Positions 1-8,780 of a DNA stretch of 64,000 nucleotides are shown here, piece after piece. Both the position numbers and the translations under genes were made by a program. This DNA is from Candidatus Saccharimonadales bacterium (lineage in GTDB: Bacteria; Patescibacteriota; Saccharimonadia; Saccharimonadales; Saccharimonadaceae): assembly GCA_035317825.1 (NCBI GenBank), contig DATHGB010000027.1:19579-83578 (forward strand). The letters are read 5' to 3'. The notes below the pieces were generated by a model, which saw only the letters and a program-made list of their open reading frames with translations, was not told the DNA's origin and did not search any database. Each line of letters opens with the position of its first letter. The first letter of the stretch is position 1.

Positions 1-1547
1 AACATGGCCGATTCGAAAAGACTGTTCTCCAGGCGCCAGACTGGAACATTAGCCGCGACCGCTTTTGGGCGACTGCCATGCCAGTCTGGAAGTCAGAAAG
101 CGGCAAAACGAAAGTCATCGGAAGCTATGCGGAGCTCAAAGAACTTTCAGGCGTTGAACTTGAAGACTACCATCGTCCATGGATTGACGAAGTGACGTTT
201 GAAATTGATGGAGAAAAATACACTCGCATCGACAAAGTGATGGATAGTTGGTTTGAAGCGGCGAGTATGCCGTTTGCCCAATTCCACTATCCATTCGAGA
301 ACAAGCAGAAATTTGACGAGAATTTCCCCGGTGATTTTATCGTTGAATATATTGGCCAGGTGCGAGCATGGTTCTATTATATGCACGCGATGAGCGTCGC
401 GCTGTTTGGCGAGAATAGCTTTAAGAATGTGATCGTGACCGGTAATGTGGCTGGTAATGACGGTCGTAAGATGAGCAAGAGCTATGGTAACTATACCGAC
501 CCGAACGAGCTCATGGACAAATTCTCGGCTGACTCACTGCGTTTCTTGCTTTTGCAGAGCCCGCTTCTCAACGGAGAAGATTTTGCGCTGCAAGATAAAG
601 AAGTGGGTGACGTTGCACGCAAACTTAGTATGGTTTGGAATATGTACGATTTCTTTACGATGTACGCCGAAGTGGATGGTTGGGAATGGAAAGATGACCT
701 TTCGGATCCGCTGGAAGACTGTACGAATCCGCTGGACCAATGGATTATTTCACGGATGCATCAGCTAATTGCGGAAGTTGAAACGCATATGGACGCATAT
801 GATATTCCAAATGCTATGAAACCGATCTTACCGTTTATTGAAGATGCGTCTAACTGGTATGTTCGCCGTTCACGCCGTCGTTTCTGGAAGAGCGGGGATG
901 ATGCGGACAAAGACATGGCCTATCGCACATTACATTACGTGTTAGTTCGTCTAAGCTATGTCCTAGCGCCGTTTACGCCATTCCTTGCTGACGAACTCTA
1001 CCAAAAGTTAACAGGCGACGAGAGCGTTCATTTGAAAGATTGGCTTCCAGCTGGGCATGTGAATGAACTAGTCGTCACAGACATGGAAGAAGTTCGCGAC
1101 TATGTTAACCAAGGTCTCAGTCTGCGCGCTCAGAATAAGCTAAAGGTTCGTCAACCACTTGCGAGTGTCACTGTTCCGCGCCTAGGCGAGTTTGTGAACT
1201 TTGAAGATATTCTGAAGGATGAATTGAACGTTAAAGCAGTCAGGGTTGGTAAAGAGCTAGCACTTGATACCAAACTAACGCCAGAACTTAAACGTGAAGG
1301 TCTGATGCGCGAAGTAATTCGTCATGTACAATCAGCCCGTAAAGCTGCTGGTCTAAACATTGACGATCACATTAGCCTGGTTCTTAAGACTGATGATACT
1401 GACCTGCAAGCAGCAATTAACGAACACGCGGATACGATTAAATCTGAAACACTTGCTGATAATCTAACCAAAACTGGTGAAAAGTCGTATGAGGCTACCG
1501 CCAAAGTTGAAGGTGTTGAGCTGACTGTAGGCTTGCAAAAAGCATGA
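1..1547 (+). CDS. ileS: isoleucyl-tRNA synthetase, C-terminal ~515 codons (5-prime end outside window)
   Basis: Frame 3 is open from the window edge (..DWNISRDRFWATAMPVW..), so the ATG at 78 is internal. Class I KMSKS loop present as GRKMSKSYGNY, followed by an anticodon-binding region. No Cys-rich tail. Confidence 0.95.
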   Translation, partial: HGRFEKTVLQAPDWNISRDRFWATAMPVWKSESGKTKVIGSYAELKELSGVELEDYHRPWIDEVTFEIDGEKYTRIDKVMDSWFEAASMPFAQFHYPFENKQKFDENFPGDFIVEYIGQVRAWFYYMHAMSVALFGENSFKNVIVTGNVAGNDGRKMSKSYGNYTDPNELMDKFSADSLRFLLLQSPLLNGEDFALQDKEVGDVARKLSMVWNMYDFFTMYAEVDGWEWKDDLSDPLEDCTNPLDQWIISRMHQLIAEVETHMDAYDIPNAMKPILPFIEDASNWYVRRSRRRFWKSGDDADKDMAYRTLHYVLVRLSYVLAPFTPFLADELYQKLTGDESVHLKDWLPAGHVNELVVTDMEEVRDYVNQGLSLRAQNKLKVRQPLASVTVPRLGEFVNFEDILKDELNVKAVRVGKELALDTKLTPELKREGLMREVIRHVQSARKAAGLNIDDHISLVLKTDDTDLQAAINEHADTIKSETLADNLTKTGEKSYEATAKVEGVELTVGLQKA

Positions 1548-2200
1548 ACACGCATCCAGATGCGGTAACCGTTCTCTGCTACGGAGACTCCAATACCTGG
1601 GGCCAACGACCTGAAAAAAAAGGCGGGCGTTTTCCGTCAAACGTTCGTTGGCCAGGTAAGCTCCAGGATATATTGGGTGATGATTACTATGTTATAGAAG
1701 AGGGCTTGAATAGCCGGACGACTGATTTAGAGTACTATAAAAAGCCAGGCCGGAATGGCAAAACATATCTCATACCCTGTATTGAAAGCCATAGGCCGAT
1801 TGGCATAGTTGCCATAATGCTTGGCACGAATGATCTTAAGACTACGTTTGGTCGTAGCGCTACGGATGTCGCCGAAGCACTACGGGGTCTTGTGCGGGAT
1901 GTGCGCGAGACTGCTGTCGATAAAGAGGGCAAAATACCAAGAATTATCTTGATCAGCCCAATTCTCATTGATGATACGGCTGAACTATTCAGTATGTTCT
2001 ATGCGGAGAATTATAGTCACGAAGCAGTGATGAAATCACAGGATCTTGCAGGTGAGATTCAAAAGGTAGCCAACGAGGAAGCCTGCTTTTTCATCGACGC
2101 AGCCTCTGTTGCCGAACCTGGTGTCGATGGCATTCATTTCAAAAAAGAATCCCACCCAGCATTGGCGACTCTTGTGGCTAAAACTATATCAGCCCCATAG
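1544..2200 (+). CDS. SGNH/GDSL-family hydrolase (esterase/lipase-like)
   Basis: 218 aa. Block I 'CYGDSNTWG', block III 'LGTND', C-terminal 'DGIHF' (DxxH). ATGA start/stop overlap with ileS. Confidence 0.8.
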   Translation: MNTHPDAVTVLCYGDSNTWGQRPEKKGGRFPSNVRWPGKLQDILGDDYYVIEEGLNSRTTDLEYYKKPGRNGKTYLIPCIESHRPIGIVAIMLGTNDLKTTFGRSATDVAEALRGLVRDVRETAVDKEGKIPRIILISPILIDDTAELFSMFYAENYSHEAVMKSQDLAGEIQKVANEEACFFIDAASVAEPGVDGIHFKKESHPALATLVAKTISAP

Positions 2201-2236
2201 TATTTCTTATGCTTGCTTGATATACTGCGGATAAGT

Positions 2237-3001
2237 ATGGCAAAGCAACCAATAATCGGTATTTCTGTCTGTTCCAATCCTGATGGGACTATCGATTTTC
2301 ACGGTGTCGAGTATCTTTATCTTCGGCGTGACTATACGCAGGCAATCAAAGCTGCTGGTGGAATACCGATTTTGCTTACTCCTGATATGACTCCGCAGGC
2401 AGCTGCCGAACTTTGCGACGGTATCGTGATAAGTGGCGGTTATGATATTCCGACAGAGCTTTATGGTGAAAAGCACCACGAAACAATGATAGATGTCGAG
2501 ACGATGGAGCGTGCAAGCTGGGAGCTGGCACTTATTGATGCGTGTGACATGGCTGAAACACCTATTCTAGGTATTTGTTACGGTATGCAGCTCATGAATG
2601 TACATTTTGGTGGCAGCCTTTATCAGGATATTCCATCTCAGGTTCCTGACGCGCAGAGTCATGCGTCACAGACACCAGAAAATGATCATCTCGTCACATT
2701 TAGTAGTGATTTTTTAGGATACAAAGCAGGAGAATCAACTCCTTCTGCACCTCGACATCACCAAGCAATTAACCGAGTTGCCAATGACTGGGAAGTCGCT
2801 GCCCGAACGGCTGACGGGGTAGTAGAGGCCATACAAAACGGAAATCGTTTTGGCGTTCAATGGCATGCAGAATCTGACAATACAGTTGAGCGGGTTTATG
2901 GTGTCTTTGTTGCATTATGTAAAAAAGATCAACCGACATTTGCATCAGTCAGTCTACGAGACATTGTTGATAAAGAGGAAGTGGTGTCGATCTCAAAATA
3001 G
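2237..3001 (+). CDS. peptidase C26 / class-I glutamine amidotransferase-like hydrolase (gamma-glutamyl-GABA hydrolase family)
   Basis: ORF 2213-3001 begins with TTG; the ATG at 2237 is preferred (TATACT at 2221-2226). Motifs 'PIIGIS', nucleophile elbow 'GICYGMQLMN', 'QWHAE'. Confidence 0.8.
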   Translation: MAKQPIIGISVCSNPDGTIDFHGVEYLYLRRDYTQAIKAAGGIPILLTPDMTPQAAAELCDGIVISGGYDIPTELYGEKHHETMIDVETMERASWELALIDACDMAETPILGICYGMQLMNVHFGGSLYQDIPSQVPDAQSHASQTPENDHLVTFSSDFLGYKAGESTPSAPRHHQAINRVANDWEVAARTADGVVEAIQNGNRFGVQWHAESDNTVERVYGVFVALCKKDQPTFASVSLRDIVDKEEVVSISK

Positions 3002-3029
3002 CAAAGTTCCGAGTAGCATATATGAAAAA

Positions 3030-3050
3030 GCCCCGACAATTTGTCGGGGC
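3030..3050. terminator. hairpin GCCCCGACA-ATT-TGTCGGGGC, A5 before and (on minus strand) T5 after
   Basis: Perfect 9-bp GC-rich stem 29 nt after the stop of the + gene. On the minus strand it is followed by TTTTT, so it can terminate the minus-strand GT2 operon and probably the + gene. Confidence 0.6.
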
Positions 3051-3072
3051 AAGCTAAACATAACAAAACACA

Positions 3073-3110
3073 CGGCAGTGACGCCTCCGAACTCGGAGGC
3101 GTCACTGCCG
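3073..3110 (-). terminator. long GC-rich hairpin just after the 77-aa ORF
   Basis: CGGCAGTGACGCCTCCGA / TCGGAGGCGTCACTGCCG, about 17-18 bp perfect inverted repeat, 12 nt downstream of the minus-strand stop at 3122. Confidence 0.65.
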
Positions 3111-3121
3111 GAAGAGCAGTC

Positions 3122-3355
3122 TCAGTGTCGACGGCGGCCCTTCTTGCTGAAGAGCGCCTTCGGCGAGACACGCCCGACGAAGTGGAACTTCGGCAGAATG
3201 CGGCCTGCGGCCAGAACGGCTCCCACGAGAGTGAACAGCGCCAGCGCGATGAAGAGCCAGTTGTCCATTCCCATGAAGAGCCCGGTACTACCGGCGCCTG
3301 CAGCACCCATACCGGTCGAAGCGGTGGTGCTGAAGGGAGTCGGGTTGTACGGCAT
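3122..3355 (-). CDS. small single-pass membrane protein (77 aa), partner of upstream GT2
   Basis: AAGGAG RBS 8 nt before the ATG, which lies 21 nt after the GT2 stop. One central TM helix (WLFIALALFTLVGAVLAAG), basic tail KKGRRRH. High GC like the GT2 gene. Confidence 0.6.
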   Translation of the reverse strand: MPYNPTPFSTTASTGMGAAGAGSTGLFMGMDNWLFIALALFTLVGAVLAAGRILPKFHFVGRVSPKALFSKKGRRRH

Positions 3356-3376
3356 GTGTTCTTCTCCTTAGTTTGT

Positions 3377-4513
3377 CTACCAGTTTTGCTGAGTACGGAA
3401 CGTCGCAGCACAGAGTGCCTTGACATGTACGGCCTGCAGGAGCAGATCGTACGGCATCTCGACGACGAGTATCGCCGAGATGCACATCTGACGCCATCCG
3501 CGTTTGCGGACGGTGATGAATCGTTCGACGATATACACGACCGTCACTCCAATCCAGAGTGTATGGAAGTGCATGCTACCTCCGCTTACCGAATACCCGA
3601 GGGTACCCAAATAGGCAAGGGTCGCCAGAATTCCCAGAAAACCCCAGACCTGGAGTCCCCAGTACTTGGCCGTCACACGGGTAATCCCGTAGTGGACGTT
3701 GTTCTCGATGGCTCCACGCTTCCACCGGTCACGCTGACGCCACAGACTGCCCCATGTTTCCATGACTTCAGTCTTGAGCGCGCATTCGGCGGGAGCGATG
3801 ATTTTGTATCCCAGGTGGAGAAGCGCGAAGGTCAGCTCGTTGTCTTCGGTCAACGCTTTCGTGTCGTAGACCTGAGCTTTTCCTTCGATGCCTCCAGGGA
3901 TCTTTCCGGACTTTCGGCCTTCGATGACGTGGTTGAGACAGGCAACAGTAAAAATTGTTGCCGTACCTGTCAAAACCAACGTCTTGCCATCTTTTCGTTC
4001 GACGTCGCGGGCGTAACGAGCGTACTCGTTTCGCTGCAACATGCCGACCAGTCCGCCTCCGGGCTTGCCCAGGAACACCCCGCCCACGGCATGGTAGCCG
4101 TCGGCGATGAATTTCTGTGCGTGCATGACGAAGTTTTGATCGAGGACACTGTCAGCATCCATGACCATGACCTGGTCGTTCGGAGCGAGGGACGAGAGGT
4201 TCTCGTCCAGCCACTGGTTTAGTCCGCCGGCTTTTTTGAACCGGTTGTCGATGGTCGTGAAGACCTCGACACCCTGTCCAAGGGCGATGCCGGCCGTGTC
4301 GTCGGTGCAGTTGTCTGCGATAACGACGATTCGGTCGACTTGTACGGACTGAGATCGAAGACTGTTCAGAGTCTCGAGTAGTGGGGGGTCGATGGTCACG
4401 ACTTGTTCAACGATGGCTTTTTCGTAAAAGCCATCGATCAGAACACGGTCTCTGACTTTGATGGTTTTCTGCTTGGTACCCTCATTGTGCGCAGGCACAA
4501 GGACGGTCAGCAT
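3377..4513 (-). CDS. processive family-2 glycosyltransferase (NodC/IcaA/PgaC/cellulose-synthase-like polysaccharide synthase)
   Basis: 378 aa. Motifs 'VLVPAHNE', 'DNCTDDT', DxD 'VMVMDADS', 'TEDNELT' and QxxRW-type 'RQRDRWKRG'. C-terminal TM helices. GGAGG RBS. Visibly GC-richer than its flanks, with a 393-aa stop-free antisense shadow ORF. Confidence 0.85.
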   Translation of the reverse strand: MLTVLVPAHNEGTKQKTIKVRDRVLIDGFYEKAIVEQVVTIDPPLLETLNSLRSQSVQVDRIVVIADNCTDDTAGIALGQGVEVFTTIDNRFKKAGGLNQWLDENLSSLAPNDQVMVMDADSVLDQNFVMHAQKFIADGYHAVGGVFLGKPGGGLVGMLQRNEYARYARDVERKDGKTLVLTGTATIFTVACLNHVIEGRKSGKIPGGIEGKAQVYDTKALTEDNELTFALLHLGYKIIAPAECALKTEVMETWGSLWRQRDRWKRGAIENNVHYGITRVTAKYWGLQVWGFLGILATLAYLGTLGYSVSGGSMHFHTLWIGVTVVYIVERFITVRKRGWRQMCISAILVVEMPYDLLLQAVHVKALCAATFRTQQNW

Positions 4514-4535
4514 ATATGCCTCCGGTTTTCAGTTT

Positions 4536-4563
4536 AGTATAGAGAATGAGTTTGTTACGTTAA
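4536..4563 (-). promoter_or_regulatory. candidate sigma70-type promoter of the GT2 operon
   Basis: On the minus strand: TTAACG (4563-4558), 16 nt spacer, TATACT (4541-4536), about 22-nt leader with GGAGG. AT-rich, unlike the gene it drives. Confidence 0.4.
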
Positions 4564-4579
4564 GCTACGCCATGCATAC

Positions 4580-4601
4580 AAAAAGCGGTGAAAACCGCTT
4601 T
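4580..4601 (-). terminator. intrinsic-terminator-like hairpin (GCGGT-GAAA-ACCGC + T5 on minus strand)
   Basis: Short stem followed on the minus strand by TTTTT. Lies between the sortase-like gene and the GT2 promoter candidate. Confidence 0.5.
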
Positions 4602-4713
4602 GCTGCACAGACTTTGCATATAATAACACACATTATTAACAATTGCAAGTATCTAGTATAAAAAAGTAATCCCCCTACTGGATACGTGTTTATGTATCGT
4701 TCGGGGGTTTTAC

Positions 4714-5427
4714 TCATCGTACGCTGGCCAACTGCGCTACAGCAACAAAGTTGTGTCGAGAGGGTGTACCATCTCCATTCTGAAGGCAGGTGATCAAGAG
4801 AAGCCGATTGGCGGTCTCGGCACGCGTTGTGCCCCAAGCCTCCTTGAGTCCTGGAAGATCTGTCTTGAGCGGGGTGTACGTAGTTTTCACTTTGTACACA
4901 AGCCAATGACTTTTAGACGCTTTTGTCTTTAGCCATATCTCCTTTCCGACCAGTTCCGTTCCCTGGCGATACAAAGGGTTGAAAGCAGTAGCCTGGTGCT
5001 CAGACGAATGTCCTGCGAGCAGTGTAAGGCTAGGCGCGTTCGTGCCCGGCTCTTCTACTTCAGGACAAGCGAACACCTCGTCTACGTAGGGTCCTGTGAG
5101 CGGTGGGTTGATGCCTTCGCTGCACTTTTCCAACATGTGGACGGGGCTACTGACGACCAGTTTGTCATTCTGGTTTGGGATATAGACCTGGAGCACGGGT
5201 GACTGGGTAATCTTGGGCAGGGCAGGGTATTTCTTTGTCGGTTCGGACTTGGGTTGGGGCGTCAAGGAAACGCCGGTGGTCGGGGTAGAAGTCCCTAGAT
5301 AAGGGACAGTAGGTTTGGCTGGTTTTTCACGAAAAACCAGTACGCCTACTGTGGCGACGGCTAAACAAACTATAGCTACCACCAGTTTCAGAGGCCATAA
5401 CCGAGACCTATATCCTTTTGACAACAA
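4714..5427 (-). CDS. sortase-family transpeptidase (class F-like)
   Basis: 'LTLLAGHSS' (His), 'LLLITC' (TxxTC-type Cys), downstream 'SRHNFVAVA' (Arg). N-terminal basic stretch plus TM helix. The maximal ORF starts with TTG at 5568; TTG at 5427/5424 is preferred (GAGAGG RBS). Start uncertain. Confidence 0.6.
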   Translation of the reverse strand: MLSKGYRSRLWPLKLVVAIVCLAVATVGVLVFREKPAKPTVPYLGTSTPTTGVSLTPQPKSEPTKKYPALPKITQSPVLQVYIPNQNDKLVVSSPVHMLEKCSEGINPPLTGPYVDEVFACPEVEEPGTNAPSLTLLAGHSSEHQATAFNPLYRQGTELVGKEIWLKTKASKSHWLVYKVKTTYTPLKTDLPGLKEAWGTTRAETANRLLLITCLQNGDGTPSRHNFVAVAQLASVR

Positions 5428-5653
5428 GATGCCTCTCAGCGATATGATGAGTGAAAATGAAACGGAGGACCGCTTCACGTTATCCAGGATACAGCTTCTG
5501 CGTCCATAGATAATATTGCTATAATACAATAATATATTATATTTGTCTATATCTCCGTAACGGTGCAAGGGTATTGAACCATTACGAACTATTGACTTTT
5601 TAAACCTTTTATGCTTAAATGAACATACAAATTAATTAAAACAAAAAAACTAT

Positions 5654-5860
5654 ATGTCATTCTTACACCACATCTCATTACCACAACCAGATCCGTTAGG
5701 CGGGGGACTTCGCGAAGAAATCGCCGAGGAGCAGCAAGAACCAGAAGCGGAAGGCTTTATTAGTGATATTGACGGTGACAATCTAGCTGAGAGCTGGGGA
5801 AGCATCGTAAACGATCTTCACGGAGATCCCGATTGGTTTGATTCTAACAAAGATGAATAA
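5654..5860 (+). CDS. small acidic hypothetical protein (68 aa)
   Basis: ORF with an upstream TTGACT-17-TTAAAT promoter-like element. Very acidic composition, no recognisable family. Confidence 0.45.
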   Translation: MSFLHHISLPQPDPLGGGLREEIAEEQQEPEAEGFISDIDGDNLAESWGSIVNDLHGDPDWFDSNKDE

Positions 5861-5880
5861 TACTATACAAAGTATAGTAT
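5860..5880. repeat. 21-bp palindrome ATACTATAC-AAA-GTATAGTAT
   Basis: Perfect 9-bp arms. Near-identical copies at 29380-29400 and 29424-29446. The right arm contains TATAGT, 11 nt before the ATG at 5890. Confidence 0.6.
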
Positions 5881-5889
5881 ACTAATATT

Positions 5890-6276
5890 ATGATGACACT
5901 TTCTGACGAAGAATTTGACCGCCTGATTAGTCAGGCTATGGATGAACTGCCTCAAAAATATATTCAGGGGTTAGACAACGTAGCGATCGTGCAGGCTGAC
6001 GAGCCTACAGAGGAACAGACAATCAAGATGAAGCTTGATAACCAACACCTATTACTTGGTTTATATGAAGGTATTCCGCTGACGCAGCGTGGCAATGGAT
6101 ATTCTTTTGTATTGCCGGACAAAATTACGCTTTTTAAACATGCAATTCAAGCTGTTTCGTATGACGAAGCAAGCCTATTCGAGCAAATCAAACGAACGCT
6201 TTGGCACGAGATTGCTCACTACTATGGCCTCGGTCATGGACGTATTGATGAGCTTCAAAATCGCGCCCGAACGTAG
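5890..6276 (+). CDS. zincin-like metallopeptidase family protein (DUF1025-type)
   Basis: 128 aa. 'LLGLYEGIPLTQR' and C-terminal 'HEIAHYYG' HExxH motif, typical of this small family. Confidence 0.8.
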   Translation: MMTLSDEEFDRLISQAMDELPQKYIQGLDNVAIVQADEPTEEQTIKMKLDNQHLLLGLYEGIPLTQRGNGYSFVLPDKITLFKHAIQAVSYDEASLFEQIKRTLWHEIAHYYGLGHGRIDELQNRART

Positions 6277-6348
6277 TCCTCGTTTTTATGCTGTGTTATA
6301 ATTAGATCAAACTTAGATCCACATGTGAGGTGTGGAGAAGAGGAGCGG

Positions 6349-7794
6349 ATGGGTTTATACATAGACAGTAAACGGGTGACGAGAGCTAAAGCTATATTCG
6401 TTTTAGTTGCCGTTTTTGCACTTGTAGCCATTCCAACTTTTATGGGAATACGCGCGCTTAATGCGAAAGCCGCCTCAACTCCTCCTCAATTCCTGAGCAG
6501 CCCTCATTATGTTCATGCGAGCACAACTGATAATAACGACACTGCGGCAGAAATCGCATTTTACCCGGGTACGACACGGCTTGAAATTATCGTTGATGAC
6601 GGGCAGGTGCAGACGTATAGTGACAGTCCGGATGCGCAATCGACAGCTTTGCCTGCGGGCGCGAATAAAATTGATCTACGTTTGCAGCTTGCTCCTGGAA
6701 GGCATACTATTTCAGGCGTTGCGGTCGTTGACGGAGATCGGATGCCTATCAAGGGAAGTAATGGTGAAGAATCTGGCGAAGCCGTTGTTTATGCACTCAA
6801 TGCTCCAGCAGTAAGTTATATCACGCCAACCACTGACAAACGGGCTTTTAATTCTAGCATTAGCCCAGTACGCGTTAAAGTTGATGACGAGTTTAATCAG
6901 TTTAAAGATCTGACGTTCAGTTTATTTACCGGTAAACCAGGCGATGTTGATAGCCATTGGATGAGGGATCTGACTTTGACGCGGGCGCAGTGTAGTCTGG
7001 AGTTGAAAGATTTTGCCATCTGCGACATCACGGGCGCTTCAAACTGGGAAAATCTCGCTGAGGGAACGTATTTCGTAAAGCTTGAAACGTCAACCAAAGC
7101 CGAAGATAAAGCAGGGGATACACAGCACCCAGACGGCATTAGCAGCGAGGATTCAAATTATTGGTCGTTACCCTTCACGATAGACAACACGGCTCCCACG
7201 GCAACAATTAACGGTCCACTGAGCATGGTAGGCGGTGAAACGATCACCGTAAAAGGGACGATTGACCCGACGGCATTAGGGGCGACTTTGTATATGGATG
7301 ACAATGCAGAGGGTTCTGTGGTGATAACCAACGGAACATGGTCGTATGACTTAACGACTGATAAGGTCGGTGATCACAAACTGACAGTTGTCGCAAAGGA
7401 TGCAGCTGAAAACCCAAGTGACGCAAAGGCGGCAGACGCCATTACGACGCTAACTGTTAATCCGTTTGTTCCGTCTCCTGCCATTGTCCAGCAAGTTAAT
7501 GATGCGGCTAGCGGGCTTTCAGCCCCATTCGCTGTTCCGCCGGCACTTACTCAGGTAGAAGTTCCTCCTGCTATAGGCGCTAATACGAATGCTGACACGG
7601 CAGTACTTGGCGCAAAGACGGCCGAAGATCCGAAGGTGGACCAGAATGTGATTGCCGCGGTGGCACCAAGCAGCGAAGGCTGGAAATTATTTGGCATCGC
7701 ATGGTTCTGGTGGATTATTATCGGGGCATTAATGGCGGGAATAACTTCGTGGACACTCGCTAATCGCCGCCAATATGCCGTTGAAACCATCTAA
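6349..7794 (+). CDS. cell-surface protein with Ig-like domains and C-terminal membrane anchor
   Basis: The ORF from GTG 6325 contains an ATG at 6349 preceded by a GGAGAAGAGGAG RBS region and TGTTATAAT (6294-6302). N-terminal signal/TM, beta-rich repeats ('IDNTAPTATINGP'), C-terminal hydrophobic segment plus an RR tail. Confidence 0.7.
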   Translation: MGLYIDSKRVTRAKAIFVLVAVFALVAIPTFMGIRALNAKAASTPPQFLSSPHYVHASTTDNNDTAAEIAFYPGTTRLEIIVDDGQVQTYSDSPDAQSTALPAGANKIDLRLQLAPGRHTISGVAVVDGDRMPIKGSNGEESGEAVVYALNAPAVSYITPTTDKRAFNSSISPVRVKVDDEFNQFKDLTFSLFTGKPGDVDSHWMRDLTLTRAQCSLELKDFAICDITGASNWENLAEGTYFVKLETSTKAEDKAGDTQHPDGISSEDSNYWSLPFTIDNTAPTATINGPLSMVGGETITVKGTIDPTALGATLYMDDNAEGSVVITNGTWSYDLTTDKVGDHKLTVVAKDAAENPSDAKAADAITTLTVNPFVPSPAIVQQVNDAASGLSAPFAVPPALTQVEVPPAIGANTNADTAVLGAKTAEDPKVDQNVIAAVAPSSEGWKLFGIAWFWWIIIGALMAGITSWTLANRRQYAVETI

Positions 7795-7843
7795 GCTATA
7801 AACATTAGCTTTTTGCAAGATAATTTCATATACTGAAAATACA

Positions 7844-8737
7844 GTGAAATCGACACAAAAAAACAGTTCCGTTCGCCAACCTAAGGGGTCGCTCCATCAT
7901 TTTCTGCAGCAGGCCTTTATTCCCTGCAGGACAAACCAGTATCGTCCTCATCTCATACGTCGTTACGGCATACTTGGGATATTGGTTTTTGTCATCGCCG
8001 TCCAAGCATTGAATTTTTCAACGGTGAACGCGACAGCGTCTACATCATCAACAACGGATGACGTTTTACTCACTGTGACAAATAACGAACGCGAAAAACG
8101 CCAGCTCGAACCTTTGGTAATGAGCGATAAACTATCTCGGGCCGCGGCTTTCAAGGCTCGGGATATGTTAACCCATCAATATTGGGCGCATATCGCACCT
8201 GACGGATCGACGCCGTGGAAATGGTTTAACCAGGTTGGGTATAGTTACAGCTACGCGGGTGAAAATCTTGCAAAGAATTTTCGCACGCCAGAAGCGATAA
8301 TGGCGGCGTGGATGGCATCGCCCGAACATCAAGCGAATATCCTTGACGCGCATTATTCCGAGGCTGGATTCGCAACGGTTAACGGAACGCTCGGCGGTAA
8401 GCAAGTTAGATTGACTGTTGCGTTGTATGGCACTCCGTCTCTGGCGGGCATACCGGGCACGGCCTCTACGGTAGGGACGAGTACTCCTGTTGGTCAACAA
8501 ATGAGCATGATGGAGCGTCTGAACCTAGCGGCCCAAGCGCTGAGCCTCACATCACTACTGTCGATTCTACTACTGTTAATCGGTGCGATAGTAGCGTTAA
8601 TTGCCCATATGTACCGAAAAAAACTCCCCAAAAAACTTCGCGCGTCGTCGTACAGGCATCATGGATTATTAAAAGCGGGCGGTATGTTGTCGCTGTGCTT
8701 TATTATTGTATTTTTATACACTGGTGGCCAAATCTAG
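7844..8737 (+). CDS. CAP (SCP/PR-1-like) domain membrane protein
   Basis: 'HQYWAHIAPDGSTPWKW', 'YAGENLAKNF', 'AWMASPEHQANIL'. N-terminal TM and two C-terminal TM helices. GTG start 9 nt after TATACT. Confidence 0.75.
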   Translation: MKSTQKNSSVRQPKGSLHHFLQQAFIPCRTNQYRPHLIRRYGILGILVFVIAVQALNFSTVNATASTSSTTDDVLLTVTNNEREKRQLEPLVMSDKLSRAAAFKARDMLTHQYWAHIAPDGSTPWKWFNQVGYSYSYAGENLAKNFRTPEAIMAAWMASPEHQANILDAHYSEAGFATVNGTLGGKQVRLTVALYGTPSLAGIPGTASTVGTSTPVGQQMSMMERLNLAAQALSLTSLLSILLLLIGAIVALIAHMYRKKLPKKLRASSYRHHGLLKAGGMLSLCFIIVFLYTGGQI

Positions 8738-8780
8738 GGCGAAAGTGAAGTTAGGGCCAAGTTCTGGTACACTAGGGGCT

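Noticed and set aside
1614-1621. A8 homopolymer inside the SGNH hydrolase gene (also T8 at ~25363 and A8 at ~12387 and ~57124) as possible phase-variation tracts
   Set aside because: It is a single short tract encoding Lys-Lys in a normal frame. The others are intergenic. There is no evidence of frameshifted alleles in this single sequence.
3041-4222. 393-aa plus-strand ORF, together with 2850-3371, 2929-3426 and 3288-3497, overlapping the GT2 region
   Set aside because: These are stop-free shadow frames, typical of GC-rich DNA. The sequences are low-complexity, Arg/Gly/Ser-rich and motif-free, and some run through the terminator hairpins. The minus-strand GT2 has clear family motifs and an RBS.
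4620-4648. Minus-strand TTGCAA-17-TATTAT promoter-like element upstream of the 4580-4601 hairpin (possible tiny sRNA or attenuated leader of the GT2 operon)
   Set aside because: A transcript from here would be terminated after ~30 nt. It is more parsimonious that the hairpin ends the sortase transcript and that the GT2 promoter lies downstream (4536-4563). Kept only as a note.
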